Counted from the first letter of the stretch, positions 50,402 through 60,639 are shown. The stretch is DNA of 64,000 bases from Minisyncoccia bacterium (GCA_041750655.1 JBGSYZ010000011.1:1794-65793), one strand, 5' to 3'. Program-made: numbers and translations. The notes: generated from the sequence alone by a model not told the origin.

Positions 50402-50854
50402 TTATTTATTAAAAACTCTTACGCTTCCAACAACCTGTCCCCAAACCCAACAATCATCATGATCAGCAATATGTATTGGCTCGTAGTCTTCATTGGCCGA
50501 AATAAGTCTAGTGTGAGAACCAATCTTCTCTAAAAACTTCACCACCATTTCACCAAACACTGCAGCTACCACAATCGAGCCATTTTTCGGCTCGAGCGAA
50601 CGATCAACCACTAGAACATCATTGTCAAAAATACCTGCCCCTTCCATCGAGTCTCCTTGGACCCTCACATAAAACGTAGAAGCTGGATTTTCAACCACCA
50701 AATCATTAATATCGAGCATTTTCTCGATCTGGTCGTCACCAGGCGCTGGGAAACCGGCCGCTGGCTGCGAGGAAAAAAGCGGTGCTTTTTTCCTCCCGCT
50801 TTTACCTCTGCCACTCATCTTGGCCATTTCTTTAACTGTAGTTTCAGTTTTCAT
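50402..50854 (-). CDS. umuD: UmuD-like S24 peptidase (Pol V accessory subunit)
   Basis: AAGFPAP cleavage site, RVQGDSM catalytic Ser, VVK catalytic Lys; no HTH domain. Confidence 0.9.
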   Translation of the reverse strand: MKTETTVKEMAKMSGRGKSGRKKAPLFSSQPAAGFPAPGDDQIEKMLDINDLVVENPASTFYVRVQGDSMEGAGIFDNDVLVVDRSLEPKNGSIVVAAVFGEMVVKFLEKIGSHTRLISANEDYEPIHIADHDDCWVWGQVVGSVRVFNK

Positions 50855-50901
50855 TTAGCCCTATTATAGCAACCAAACCAAAGGCCGACCATAAGTAACA
50901 A

Positions 50902-51145
50902 AAAACTCCTAAAACTGAGTGCGGTTCGAGGTGAGAAGCAATTCATTTTGCTTCGCAAGACCTAATCTAATATTCTAAAACATTTAAGAATATTGATTAG
51001 GTGTACAGCCTCTGTAAGAGGTCTAGAGGTTTTAAAACTAGATGAAATTCGAGGAATTTAGGATTTGGTTAAATGAGCCCTAGTAATTCTACGGTAATTG
51101 AAAATAAATCCATAACGATAAATACATTCCAGTTTTAGGAGTTTT
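50902..51145. repeat. 244-bp element bounded by a perfect 16-bp inverted repeat, with internal hairpins
   Basis: aaaactcctaaaactg (50902-50917) / cagttttaggagtttt (51130-51145). Confidence 0.7.
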
Positions 51146-52193
51146 ACATGATTACAGCACCACCCGCTATAGTCAGATGCACATAGGCGAGTAAAGCCAT
51201 CATTGCTAATAGCCCAGTACCATATGCAATCTGAATCGGATGTTGTTTGCGGATTTCAATCAAAATAGAGGCTAACAGAATAGACAACACGAACATTGCT
51301 GTCACGCCGTAGACCATATTTAAGATTGTCTGAGGCTGGGTAGCAATACGGGCAACAGTAGAAATCGGTTGGTTAGGAATTGAAGCTGGTTGGACAAACT
51401 CTGCACCAGCAACTGTTTGTGAAGTCTCAGCAGTATCACTCACTAATAATACCGGTTCGTTACTAGCATTAACAACTTCAGTGACCTCAGTTTCCGGAAG
51501 AGGAGCTGGTTCTGGTTCAAATTTAGAATCAACTGCGGCTACCGGCACTGGGGCTGGAGTCCGAGCAGTTTCTACTGCTACAGCTGTTTCAGTAGGGGTT
51601 GGTTTAGCTAAGGCTAGGGTACCAGCAGATTTAACTGGTGTACCAAATAATTGAACAACGAACACCGTCTCATAGCCTTGATACTCACCTTTAGCAGTTC
51701 CAACTCCAATTTCAGTATAATTACCATTTAAAATATTATCCCGGTGCGACGGAGAATTCATCCAGGCATCTACCACCTCATCCGAATCAGTAAAATGCAC
51801 CGCTAGGTTTTCACCAGCATGAATATAATTGTACCCAGCCATATCAAACCAGTGCCAGGGCGAAGTACCATCAGGGGCGTAGTGAGCAAAGTAGCTGTTC
51901 TGTGCCATATTTTCAGCCTTAAGCTGGGCAGCACGATCCAGCACCTCATTTCTTATTAAATCACCAAGAGCAACGTCTTCTCGAGATTTGTTAGTCAAAT
52001 CAACTACTACGGCTGGCAACACAGTCGAAACCAACCAAGAAGAATTCATCCACAAGAGAGCTTGTAAATTAGCAAAAGTAAAGGTCAACATAACCAAAAT
52101 ACTCATGCACACAACCGCTGTTTTTTGTAGTGAGTGCGGCTTATAATCGTTCCCTTGATACGGAACAAAATAATTTTTTAACCGTTTTTTCAT
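51144..52193 (-). CDS. CAP/SCP-domain membrane protein
   Basis: AAQLKAENM..YFAH, AGENLA, WMNSPSHRDNIL, EIGVG; N- and C-terminal TMs; start moved to MKKRL at 52193, which has TATAAT upstream. Confidence 0.88.
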   Translation of the reverse strand: MKKRLKNYFVPYQGNDYKPHSLQKTAVVCMSILVMLTFTFANLQALLWMNSSWLVSTVLPAVVVDLTNKSREDVALGDLIRNEVLDRAAQLKAENMAQNSYFAHYAPDGTSPWHWFDMAGYNYIHAGENLAVHFTDSDEVVDAWMNSPSHRDNILNGNYTEIGVGTAKGEYQGYETVFVVQLFGTPVKSAGTLALAKPTPTETAVAVETARTPAPVPVAAVDSKFEPEPAPLPETEVTEVVNASNEPVLLVSDTAETSQTVAGAEFVQPASIPNQPISTVARIATQPQTILNMVYGVTAMFVLSILLASILIEIRKQHPIQIAYGTGLLAMMALLAYVHLTIAGGAVIM

Positions 52194-52246
52194 TTCTAAC
52201 ATTATACCATATATTATGATATATATCAATACTATCTATAGTACCA

Positions 52247-52879
52247 CTACTCGCCTTTCAATTCTGCAAAAACTATCAAATTATGTGAATATCTCTGTGC
52301 ACCTTTGTTAAAGATACCAGAACACGTAATCAGTCTTAAACCTGCATAGTTTATGTTTCCGTATACCTCCTCAGTTGGAAAACCAGACTGAGGATGCCGT
52401 TCCAAGTTGGTAACAATAAAAGTAGCCGTAGTGCCATCTTCTCTATCAATATCTATTTCGTCACCAACGTCTAGCTGTCCGAGGGAATAAAAAATAGCCG
52501 GGCCATGTATCGAATCAACATGTCCAAGTATCACGGCTGGACCAAGTTCACCTGGTGTCGGGCCATATTTGTAATACCCAACGGTATCGTAGGCATCAGG
52601 CACGGCCACCTCGCCGTCTTTATTTAAGCCCAGTGGTGCTTCAAAATCCGCCACTACATTAATTTTTGGAATTCGTATTTGTAGCGGTTTAGATTTAGGT
52701 AGTATGGGTCCAGAAATAGTGTTTTCACTAATAGTATTTACTTCTGGAACAACAACTTCTTGTGGTTGTGAATACACAACAATGACTGAAGTAACAAAAA
52801 ATAAAACAGCAAACGCCACCATCAAATGATGGGGGCGTACTGTTTTTTGTGTAAAGAGTGAAGTTACCTTATCGTACAT
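52247..52879 (-). CDS. Class F sortase
   Basis: IRIPKINV, PGELGPAVILGHVDS, LRLITCSG, NLIVFA; N-terminal TM. Confidence 0.88.
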   Translation of the reverse strand: MYDKVTSLFTQKTVRPHHLMVAFAVLFFVTSVIVVYSQPQEVVVPEVNTISENTISGPILPKSKPLQIRIPKINVVADFEAPLGLNKDGEVAVPDAYDTVGYYKYGPTPGELGPAVILGHVDSIHGPAIFYSLGQLDVGDEIDIDREDGTTATFIVTNLERHPQSGFPTEEVYGNINYAGLRLITCSGIFNKGAQRYSHNLIVFAELKGE

Positions 52880-55670
52880 ATCGCTTGCTGCTAGCAATCG
52901 CTACCATACCAAGCCATGCTGTAGGAATAGACACTGGAGATGTTGGAGAAGCTCCACCTGCACCAGCGTTTGGTGCACCAAAAGGTACTACTGATACTTG
53001 TTCACCTAACACTTGTGGAATCGGACCAGCATCACCAGTGCCATCGCTGCTATCACCTGAGCCACCGCCACTCGTTAGTTCAATTTTACGACCACCGCCA
53101 CCTCCGCCACCACTCGTAGTAGTAATGGTAGTTGTGCTGTTAAGACCAAAGTGAGCCACTAGGTCAATATTGCTGTTCATAGTTACCTGACATGGAGTGG
53201 TGTTACCAGTACAGGTGCCAGCACCTGTTGTCCAACTGCTGTCAAAATTTGAACCCTCATCTGCCACAGCTTGAAGATCAACCACTGTTCCAGCCTCATA
53301 AGTCATTTCACAAATATTTTCTTCACCACCATTGGTAGAGCAAGAAATACCATCTTGTTCTGAAGTCACACTACCAGAACCATCACCGGTAATCTCAACA
53401 GTAAGTGTGTATTCATCATCTGAACCTTCTGGTTCACACACCAATGAAACATTATCTAAGAACGTTCCGATTGAACCTAACTCGCCATCGTCAGCAAATG
53501 CAATTGGAGTTTCCTCACCAGTAGCTACAAAACTATACGTGTATGAATTCCAATCTGTGTCGTCAGAAGTCATAGCACTTTGTTCGTCAACAACAGTGTC
53601 GTCAACAAATACCTGTAGCCGATTTTCGTTTTCATCCGTGTCTGGTCGAGCTGAAAAGTCCCAAGTAAGAGTATATGTTTTGCCTGGAATTGTTGGAATT
53701 ACTTGACTAATATGTGTTTGAGCTACCTCGCCAGAACCATCATTAGAACCTGGACCTCCCCAATCAGAATCCAGTTCTGCATACTGGTTACCTTCTGATG
53801 GAGTCCATAGTTCGCTAGTTTGCACTTCTAGATTAGCAATGGCTGGAGCCCCCAAAGAGAACACCCAATCAATCATCCAACCGAGACCAGCCATGCCACT
53901 TTGGAAAATATCCCAACCAGCTTCGTTATCAACTACCACATCCTCGAAACCACCATTAGTAAGAAGATTTACATCAGCTTCACAGGTAAGTGGTTCTTCA
54001 CTATTGTCATCATCGCCAACATAGATGTTAATAATATGACAAACAACTTCATCATCTTCATCACTAAGTTTTATAATGTTTGAATCTCCTTTCTTCCAAG
54101 AAAAACCTCCTCGGAAATCATTCCAAGATTGTGCTTCTTTCCAGTCATGTTCTTTTTCATCTTCCTTACCTTTTCCGCGATAAAAATCTTTGTCGTGACT
54201 GTATTCCTTGTCCCAATCCTTATCATCTGACTCAACCTTACAATAGGTAGCTACATGCTCGTATCCAGCTGGAATATCTACTTCATTAATTTCATATTCT
54301 TGCCCAACATATACGTCACTCCAACCAAGTCCAGACTCGTTGAAGTTCTGTGGATCAAGATCACCAACTTGGAAACTAAAATCAGAAAGATCAGCCGGGC
54401 CTTTATTTTCACCCTTAATCCATTTTACAATCTTAATTTCTCCTTCTGGCTCGACGTCAAATTCACAAACCTTTTCTGACGCATCAACTGCGTCTAAATC
54501 AAATCCATCTGCATCAGCGTCGTGAAGTGAAGCATCTGAAGTGTCAGTTACTCGCACAAACTTAATCCAAGCAAGACCAGTACCACTGAAGTCAAAATAA
54601 CTTACGCGAGTAGCGGTGTCATCTAGGTTACTAGCGGTACCAACTTCGTACCAACTGCTTCCATTTTGACTTACTTCAATCAGGGCTGATTCTTCTGGAT
54701 ATGAGTTTCCGTTAGTAGCTTCGTGGATTGAGATATCGTCACCGTCTACATCGATTACATGACCGTCAAATTCAGTCACAATAGAACCACCAAAACCAAG
54801 AGAGAAGAACCCATCTGAGCCACCATTTGACCAATCAGCTTCACCAAGGACATCATCAGTATTAGAACGGTTGTCATCTACGTCTGCACCGCTTTTTTTT
54901 GTTCCTTGTTCATAATCAGCCACTGAAGAAGCCCAGGCTGGCTCCTGATCTACACAAATGGTCACCTCGTTGTCATCAACTGGATCACCGCAATTTTGTG
55001 TTTCTTCATCGCACTCCTCAAAATCTCCTTCGTTTATATCTATTTCACAAGAACCATCATCTTCTGTTGCTTCCGCGTTGTAATTAGTTGCTTCCGCATC
55101 CATACATCCGTAAACAGGTTCTGCGTCTGGGAAAGTACACGAGTCATCTTCTATAGTCGCTTCAGGATTATAGTTTGAAGCAGAATCATCAGTACAACCC
55201 GTCACTTCTACCACTTCTGGAGTATTTACATGGACATCAATCTGATACGGAGAACCGATTGGTGAGTCCTCACCATCATAAAGCTGAACAGAAACAGTGT
55301 AATCACCGGGAGTACTGTTGCTATAACAAACTCCTTTATTGCCAGTAATAGCAAACTGGTTGTCTCCATCAGGTGTATCTGAGTTGCAGGCACCACCGGT
55401 TGTACCATTGTAAAAACTACCACCGCCATCATCAGATACCACAATATAGGTACTGTCAGTACTTGATGCATCATCAAGTACTGTCGAGACTACAAAGTTA
55501 CCTTTTTCATCAACCTCTAGCGTCAAGTCAGATGGAGTAGCCGTTATGCCAGTAGTAGCCGCATGGGCTACAGACGCCGAAAACGGCAAAAAGCTGAGCA
55601 ACATCGAAACCGCCGTTAGAAAAGCGAGCGCTTGTCCACTAAGACGATTTTGGGTAGTAAAAATATTCAT
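52869..55670 (-). CDS. Acidic secreted multidomain surface protein; probable sortase substrate
   Basis: Signal peptide; two GC.D..A.NYN.EAT.DD.SC repeats; DUF642-like domain (NLLTNGGFE); C-terminal VPFGAPNAGAGG, hydrophobic stretch, KRYVR. Confidence 0.78.
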   Translation of the reverse strand: MNIFTTQNRLSGQALAFLTAVSMLLSFLPFSASVAHAATTGITATPSDLTLEVDEKGNFVVSTVLDDASSTDSTYIVVSDDGGGSFYNGTTGGACNSDTPDGDNQFAITGNKGVCYSNSTPGDYTVSVQLYDGEDSPIGSPYQIDVHVNTPEVVEVTGCTDDSASNYNPEATIEDDSCTFPDAEPVYGCMDAEATNYNAEATEDDGSCEIDINEGDFEECDEETQNCGDPVDDNEVTICVDQEPAWASSVADYEQGTKKSGADVDDNRSNTDDVLGEADWSNGGSDGFFSLGFGGSIVTEFDGHVIDVDGDDISIHEATNGNSYPEESALIEVSQNGSSWYEVGTASNLDDTATRVSYFDFSGTGLAWIKFVRVTDTSDASLHDADADGFDLDAVDASEKVCEFDVEPEGEIKIVKWIKGENKGPADLSDFSFQVGDLDPQNFNESGLGWSDVYVGQEYEINEVDIPAGYEHVATYCKVESDDKDWDKEYSHDKDFYRGKGKEDEKEHDWKEAQSWNDFRGGFSWKKGDSNIIKLSDEDDEVVCHIINIYVGDDDNSEEPLTCEADVNLLTNGGFEDVVVDNEAGWDIFQSGMAGLGWMIDWVFSLGAPAIANLEVQTSELWTPSEGNQYAELDSDWGGPGSNDGSGEVAQTHISQVIPTIPGKTYTLTWDFSARPDTDENENRLQVFVDDTVVDEQSAMTSDDTDWNSYTYSFVATGEETPIAFADDGELGSIGTFLDNVSLVCEPEGSDDEYTLTVEITGDGSGSVTSEQDGISCSTNGGEENICEMTYEAGTVVDLQAVADEGSNFDSSWTTGAGTCTGNTTPCQVTMNSNIDLVAHFGLNSTTTITTTSGGGGGGGRKIELTSGGGSGDSSDGTGDAGPIPQVLGEQVSVVPFGAPNAGAGGASPTSPVSIPTAWLGMVAIASSKRYVR

Positions 55671-55911
55671 GTTTTTTAAAGTAAATAGTTAATTAACAAA
55701 AATAACACCGTATTCGAATTTCCCCATTCAAATACCGCTATCTTTCTTAATTGTTTTGTTAATATCCCACACCTAGCTAATTCGCTATATGTTGGACACA
55801 CACTACACCTTTTGTAAAAAAAGCGCAAGTCACACCACTGTTTTTATTTTTTGCAAGTTTAGGCTAAAAAACACTATGGACTTTGGCCATTAAATAGCGC
55901 ACAATGCGGCC

Positions 55912-56628
55912 ATGAATGAACCAGTACGTATAAACAAATACCTGGCTGAACGTGGTTTAGCTTCCCGTCGTGAAGCCGATACGCTTATTGCTGCTGGGCA
56001 GGTTCTAATTAATGGCAAACCAGCTCTACTTGGGCAAAAAGTGACTTTGGCAGACAAAGTCGAAATAGTGGGTAAACAAAAAGAGAAAATTTACCTAGCC
56101 TATTACAAAGCTCGAGGCATCATTACCCATTCACCGGCTGAACACGAAATTGATATTGAAACCCAAATTAAAAATGATCATGGTATAGATAATGTACATC
56201 CCGTCGGTCGGCTCGATAAAGATTCGGAGGGTTTGATTATTCTTTCCAACGACGGCCTTATCACGGGTCCACTCTTGGATCCTGAAGCAAGACACGAAAA
56301 AGAGTATGAAGTGGTTGTCGACAAGGATATTAATTCCCCGTTTTTAAAAAGAATGACCACTGGTGTAGAGATTGAAGGCTATCTCACCAAACCAGCGCAT
56401 GCAGAACTTAAAAAAGGGTCTGATAAAAAACGTTTCCTGCTCACCATTACTGAAGGAAAGAAACACCAAATCCGACGCATGTGCGCCGCCTTGGGTTACC
56501 AAGTCCAGTCTTTAAAACGTATACGTGTAGCCAACATAAAAATAGACAGATTAAAACCACATCAGTATCGTAAAATAATTGGTGATGAACTTAAAGATTT
56601 TTTAGACGAACTTAATCTAAATAACTAA
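55912..56628 (+). CDS. RsuA/RluB/RluF-family rRNA pseudouridine synthase
   Basis: S4 domain RINKYLA..SRREAD; catalytic GRLDKDSEG; EGKKHQIRRM. Confidence 0.93.
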   Translation: MNEPVRINKYLAERGLASRREADTLIAAGQVLINGKPALLGQKVTLADKVEIVGKQKEKIYLAYYKARGIITHSPAEHEIDIETQIKNDHGIDNVHPVGRLDKDSEGLIILSNDGLITGPLLDPEARHEKEYEVVVDKDINSPFLKRMTTGVEIEGYLTKPAHAELKKGSDKKRFLLTITEGKKHQIRRMCAALGYQVQSLKRIRVANIKIDRLKPHQYRKIIGDELKDFLDELNLNN

Positions 56629-57266
56629 GCACTAGTTATTTTGCGACGATACCAAAACCAAGCGAAGAAAATTAGAGTCAATAAGGCAAACAACGGTACG
56701 TACACGTACTTGTTACCTATCATTCCGATAGTCCCTAGACCAAGTCCATTGCGAAGTGTTTTGATGTCTTTAAGAGTATTAAGGTAACTTCCATTATCAT
56801 CTTCGTATCCTAACTTGAGAACATACCTACCAATATTATTAGGGTTGCTCACTTCTAGTCGATACACTCCTGGCTCCAGCCGATCATTAAACGTAGGGTT
56901 TTCATTAAAACTAAGCCCGGAGATAGGATCGGTGAAAGCAGTCCACTCGACCTTATCAGCTGTCCTCCGCATGACCTCGGTCACCCCCCGCTCTGCTTTT
57001 TTTACTAAAAGAACCGAAATCTTTTCGGGGTCTAAAGCACCCTCTGGGTACATTACCTGAACATTGAGAGTAGTCCCTTCTGTTAAGAGAAATTCAAAGG
57101 TGTGCGGAAAGTTATCAAGTTCTCCAACAAACCACTGCTCAGTGGTAACATCTTTTAATTCAGATATTTTAAACGGTGACGGTTGATCAACGGCAACTGT
57201 TTCATAGGCAAAAACCCCGACTGGAAATAAAAATAAGATGAAAGTAAAAATGACGGTGTATTTCAT
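56625..57266 (-). CDS. Hypothetical exported protein with C-terminal TM
   Basis: Signal peptide (VFA), C-terminal TM and basic tail. Confidence 0.7.
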   Translation of the reverse strand: MKYTVIFTFILFLFPVGVFAYETVAVDQPSPFKISELKDVTTEQWFVGELDNFPHTFEFLLTEGTTLNVQVMYPEGALDPEKISVLLVKKAERGVTEVMRRTADKVEWTAFTDPISGLSFNENPTFNDRLEPGVYRLEVSNPNNIGRYVLKLGYEDDNGSYLNTLKDIKTLRNGLGLGTIGMIGNKYVYVPLFALLTLIFFAWFWYRRKITSA

Positions 57267-57284
57267 ACCACAATATTACCAGAG

Positions 57285-57776
57285 TTAAGTCACATCTCTA
57301 AACTGAACCCACAGCCAATCGAGGAGCTCTATTAGATCACTATCAACATCAATGTTCGTACCGCACGTATCAAGCTCATAGTTGTTTTTATCTCGAGTAA
57401 TAGAATACGTAGTGTCTACACCATCAACCCACGATTCACAAAAATCTGGATCCACTGGTACCGACTGCGTCTCTAAATCTGAATCGAACAACGTTTGTTT
57501 GAGCGACGTTAGTTGATCAGGTGTAATATCACCGCCAGTGGTAGCGCCATTACCAGCTATAACTACATATGAACCATCGCTCAATATCCGATACGACTCA
57601 CAGCCACCGCGAGCACAACCACCATACTGCGTCACTACAATTTCAAAGTTACTAATACGTGAAGGTTCAATCGGGTCAATATCATACTCACGTAATCCGT
57701 TTAAATACACGAACGAACCGGCGGCTACGCCAGTAATAAAGGTTAGTAAAAACACCATCCAGTCTCCGATTTTCAT
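57285..57776 (-). CDS. Hypothetical membrane-anchored protein with Cys pairs
   Basis: N-terminal TM; GGCARGGCESY; TATACT just upstream of ATG. Confidence 0.7.
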   Translation of the reverse strand: MKIGDWMVFLLTFITGVAAGSFVYLNGLREYDIDPIEPSRISNFEIVVTQYGGCARGGCESYRILSDGSYVVIAGNGATTGGDITPDQLTSLKQTLFDSDLETQSVPVDPDFCESWVDGVDTTYSITRDKNNYELDTCGTNIDVDSDLIELLDWLWVQFRDVT

Positions 57777-57794
57777 AGGTACAGTATAGCAAGC

Positions 57795-58421
57795 TTACGC
57801 TAATTTTTGAGCTACCAGCATAACCAGCATATTTTTCATTCTTTCACCATTTTTGTTACGAGCATACGACAACTCTTCTCTCGTCGACAAATATTTTATA
57901 TCCCAGTCAGCATAAAGTTCTCGCAAGGTATCCTTGCTCGGATAAAAACGACCGGAGATTTCGTTTCGTTCATACAGCTCTCCTTCCGGCATAAAGGTTT
58001 CAATTGTGTGAACCCCGCCGATAGTGGTGTGCGCTTGGGCGTCTTTGATCACCTTCTGTGCGTCTTCGCTACTCATATGATGCAAGATAAAAGACATAAC
58101 TACCACTTCGTATTCTCCTTCTATACCATCCTCGATCACATCACCGACTTTAGTCGTTATAGAAATTTCCTTTTCTAGTACCGCTTTTTTCAGTTTTTCT
58201 AAACCAACCACCGACAAGTCCACTACTTCAACTTCAAAACCTTGCTCAGCCAAGTACAAAGCATCGCGGCCTTCTCCGCCGCCGATATCGAGCACTTGGC
58301 CAGTTTGAATATACTCTTTTATTTTACACACCGACTCGTTTGGCTTTCCATCTCCCAACACCCGCTCTTGCGAGCCATACCAGCTATCATACTGAGCTGT
58401 TAATTGTTCTCGTTTGACCAT
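57795..58421 (-). CDS. Class I SAM-dependent methyltransferase (TehB-like)
   Basis: VLDIGGGEGRDALYLAEQG, VDLS; start placed at MVKRE (58421). Confidence 0.85.
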   Translation of the reverse strand: MVKREQLTAQYDSWYGSQERVLGDGKPNESVCKIKEYIQTGQVLDIGGGEGRDALYLAEQGFEVEVVDLSVVGLEKLKKAVLEKEISITTKVGDVIEDGIEGEYEVVVMSFILHHMSSEDAQKVIKDAQAHTTIGGVHTIETFMPEGELYERNEISGRFYPSKDTLRELYADWDIKYLSTREELSYARNKNGERMKNMLVMLVAQKLA

Positions 58422-58423
58422 GT

Positions 58424-58651
58424 TTAGGTTGATTCTTTGATACACTCAAAACGAGGAACCGCAACTCCATCTACTTCCACAGTTTCCATAAACATACTGA
58501 GAGGGCGGACCCACAGCGCTCTTTCTCCAAATTCTTTAGAATCATACAGAGCAAGGTAAACTACCAACTCCTCCAAGGTTTCGCTATGACGGGCTACTCC
58601 TATCACTTCATAGTCTTGCCCTTTGTAATGTCTGTATGTTCCGAGTTTCAT
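58424..58651 (-). CDS. DUF1653 protein
   Basis: G.YRHYKG..Y.V...ARHSET.E.LVVY..LY, WVRP..MF. Confidence 0.9.
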   Translation of the reverse strand: MKLGTYRHYKGQDYEVIGVARHSETLEELVVYLALYDSKEFGERALWVRPLSMFMETVEVDGVAVPRFECIKEST

Positions 58652-58657
58652 ATGTGT

Positions 58658-59194
58658 CTATACTTTCATTAATTCTGCTAATTTTCTCAGAGTATTTATG
58701 TTGCGAGCGGTCATATGTGTATACACTTCCGTACCGATAAATTTATTCATGCCACTTTTAGGGTAGTTTTTCTTTTCTAGGTGCCACACTATTGCTCCAT
58801 CTATATACTTCAGTGTATCAACATTTGGATTAGTGGTGATTAGTTCTAAACTTTTTGTATTACAATACTCGTCCCAGAGAAAAAGCACGTCGGTTTTTTG
58901 CTCAGCGTTATTGTGCCAGTCAGCGGGAGTGGCTTGTAAAAGTTTGGCAATATTTTTATTATCACGCACTACCACCCGGACCGCAAAACCAAATTCCTTT
59001 TTAATAGCTTTTTCTATCTTCGAGACAATTTTAGGTTCACTTTTATCACTGGTCTCAAATATCACATTTCCAGAGTTAATGTACGTAGAGACATTTTCAA
59101 ACCCCAACGCCTCAAAGCACGCTTTGAGGCGTTGCATCTCAATTTTATTATTCCCTCCCACATTAATTCCTCGTAGTAAGGCGACGTATTTCAT
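58658..59194 (-). CDS. DUF1697 protein
   Basis: MKYVALLRGINVGG, V.TYINSGNV.F, TARNINT; start moved to 59194. Confidence 0.9.
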   Translation of the reverse strand: MKYVALLRGINVGGNNKIEMQRLKACFEALGFENVSTYINSGNVIFETSDKSEPKIVSKIEKAIKKEFGFAVRVVVRDNKNIAKLLQATPADWHNNAEQKTDVLFLWDEYCNTKSLELITTNPNVDTLKYIDGAIVWHLEKKNYPKSGMNKFIGTEVYTHMTARNINTLRKLAELMKV

Positions 59195-59328
59195 GACTTG
59201 AGTATAGCAATTTTTTGTGTAGAGCGGTCTCGAGTTAGAACCGTGGTCGGTCAGGGTGGGCTTGGCGGATTTAGTTATTATTAGATTCTGGTTTGATAGT
59301 GTCTCGGGCGCATAAAAATACATTTGCT

Positions 59329-60411
59329 TTACTTATTGATATGACTCATAAATTCTCCATTAATGTCAAAAAGAAAATTTAGTTCATTCTTTTCTATCAA
59401 TTTAATTTCTTCTGGAGAAAGATTCAAATTCAAGTCAGGTCTACTTTCAATATGATACTTTAAAAAATTACCCGGTGTAGCTATACAGTCTTTTAGATCA
59501 TGAAGCTTAGCTTCCCCATTGAATTCAACGTCAATTTTGTATTTACTCTGATGAATATCTATGAAGGATTTGAAAAGGGGTCGATTAGTGATATTCACAT
59601 TTACCGCCTCCATTCTTGAAACAACTTCTCTAAGTTGTATGAACGACAACTGTTTACCTTTTATCTTATCTATAAAGTCCTCGTAGACCGAGCTGAAGAA
59701 TTTTGCATCATCCAATACAGCCACTACCGCATAGTCACCAACCTTAACTGCAATGACACGAGCTGAATGACTATCCATATAATCAAAATCGCAGTTACCA
59801 TCTTCTTCAACGATAGGAATAGCTATCATTGTTCCATACACCAACTCACCTATATCTGCCTGTGAGTAATGACTTCTGGCTACACACCATATGTGATGCA
59901 TTGGTCCCCAATCATAAGTGTCAGCAATCATTGGACTTTCAATTCTACGATCTAACTCAAACCGCCTTTCCTTATCCTTAAGATGATTTTTAATGAAAAT
60001 TAAGGAGAGCCACTTAAATATAAGTTTTCCATCATCTTGGGTAACACTAGCCTTAAAATCCTTGTACTCAGGTTTAAGGATATTTCTTAATGGGGTTTCA
60101 TACACCCTAGATAATTCACCATTACACTCCTCACAACAAGGCAGTGTTTGAGATGCGTATTGGATAAAATAATTATTAGGTAATCTAATTTTTTCATTAT
60201 ATAAATTGAATCGACGTAAAAGCCATCGCGGAATTATGTGCTCGTCACTGAACTTCTTGTCACAGGAATCTATAAGGACACCACATATAAAACAACTATC
60301 GGCATTGACTATTTCATCAACAAAATCATCCAATGGATAATAAATAACCTTCTCATGGTTGTTAAATACTTTTATTATTTTGTTAGTACTGGTGACAACA
60401 TGCGCATGCAT
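59329..60411 (-). CDS. HNH/His-Me finger-like protein of unknown function
   Basis: CFICG..SDEHIIPRW..LPCCEECN; start placed at 60411 (TATAAT 6 nt upstream); AT-rich by eye. Confidence 0.65.
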   Translation of the reverse strand: MHAHVVTSTNKIIKVFNNHEKVIYYPLDDFVDEIVNADSCFICGVLIDSCDKKFSDEHIIPRWLLRRFNLYNEKIRLPNNYFIQYASQTLPCCEECNGELSRVYETPLRNILKPEYKDFKASVTQDDGKLIFKWLSLIFIKNHLKDKERRFELDRRIESPMIADTYDWGPMHHIWCVARSHYSQADIGELVYGTMIAIPIVEEDGNCDFDYMDSHSARVIAVKVGDYAVVAVLDDAKFFSSVYEDFIDKIKGKQLSFIQLREVVSRMEAVNVNITNRPLFKSFIDIHQSKYKIDVEFNGEAKLHDLKDCIATPGNFLKYHIESRPDLNLNLSPEEIKLIEKNELNFLFDINGEFMSHINK

Positions 60412-60468
60412 CCATAAATTATATAGAAAACTAGCACGAAACATAGTGTCTCGTGCTAGCTCTAAACG

Positions 60469-60486
60469 GCGGAGAGGGGGGATTCG
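60469..60486 (-). repeat. Direct copy of the tRNA-Ser 3' end (1-nt deletion)
   Basis: gcggagaggggggattcg versus tRNA gcggagagagggggattcg (60639-60657). Confidence 0.75.
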
Positions 60487-60639
60487 GTCACGAATAATTT
60501 TGCTAGACAAAATTTTCTCGACCCCAGCTCACTAGTCTTCGACATCGCTCCGCCTTTCGAACCCCCACGCAAGCAAAGCAGTTTGCTTGCCCTCTCTCCG
60601 CGAACAAAATATGCGCCATAAGGCGCTATTTTGTACTCG

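Noticed and set aside
50402-50854. LexA repressor
   Set aside because: There is no N-terminal HTH domain; length and motifs match UmuD.
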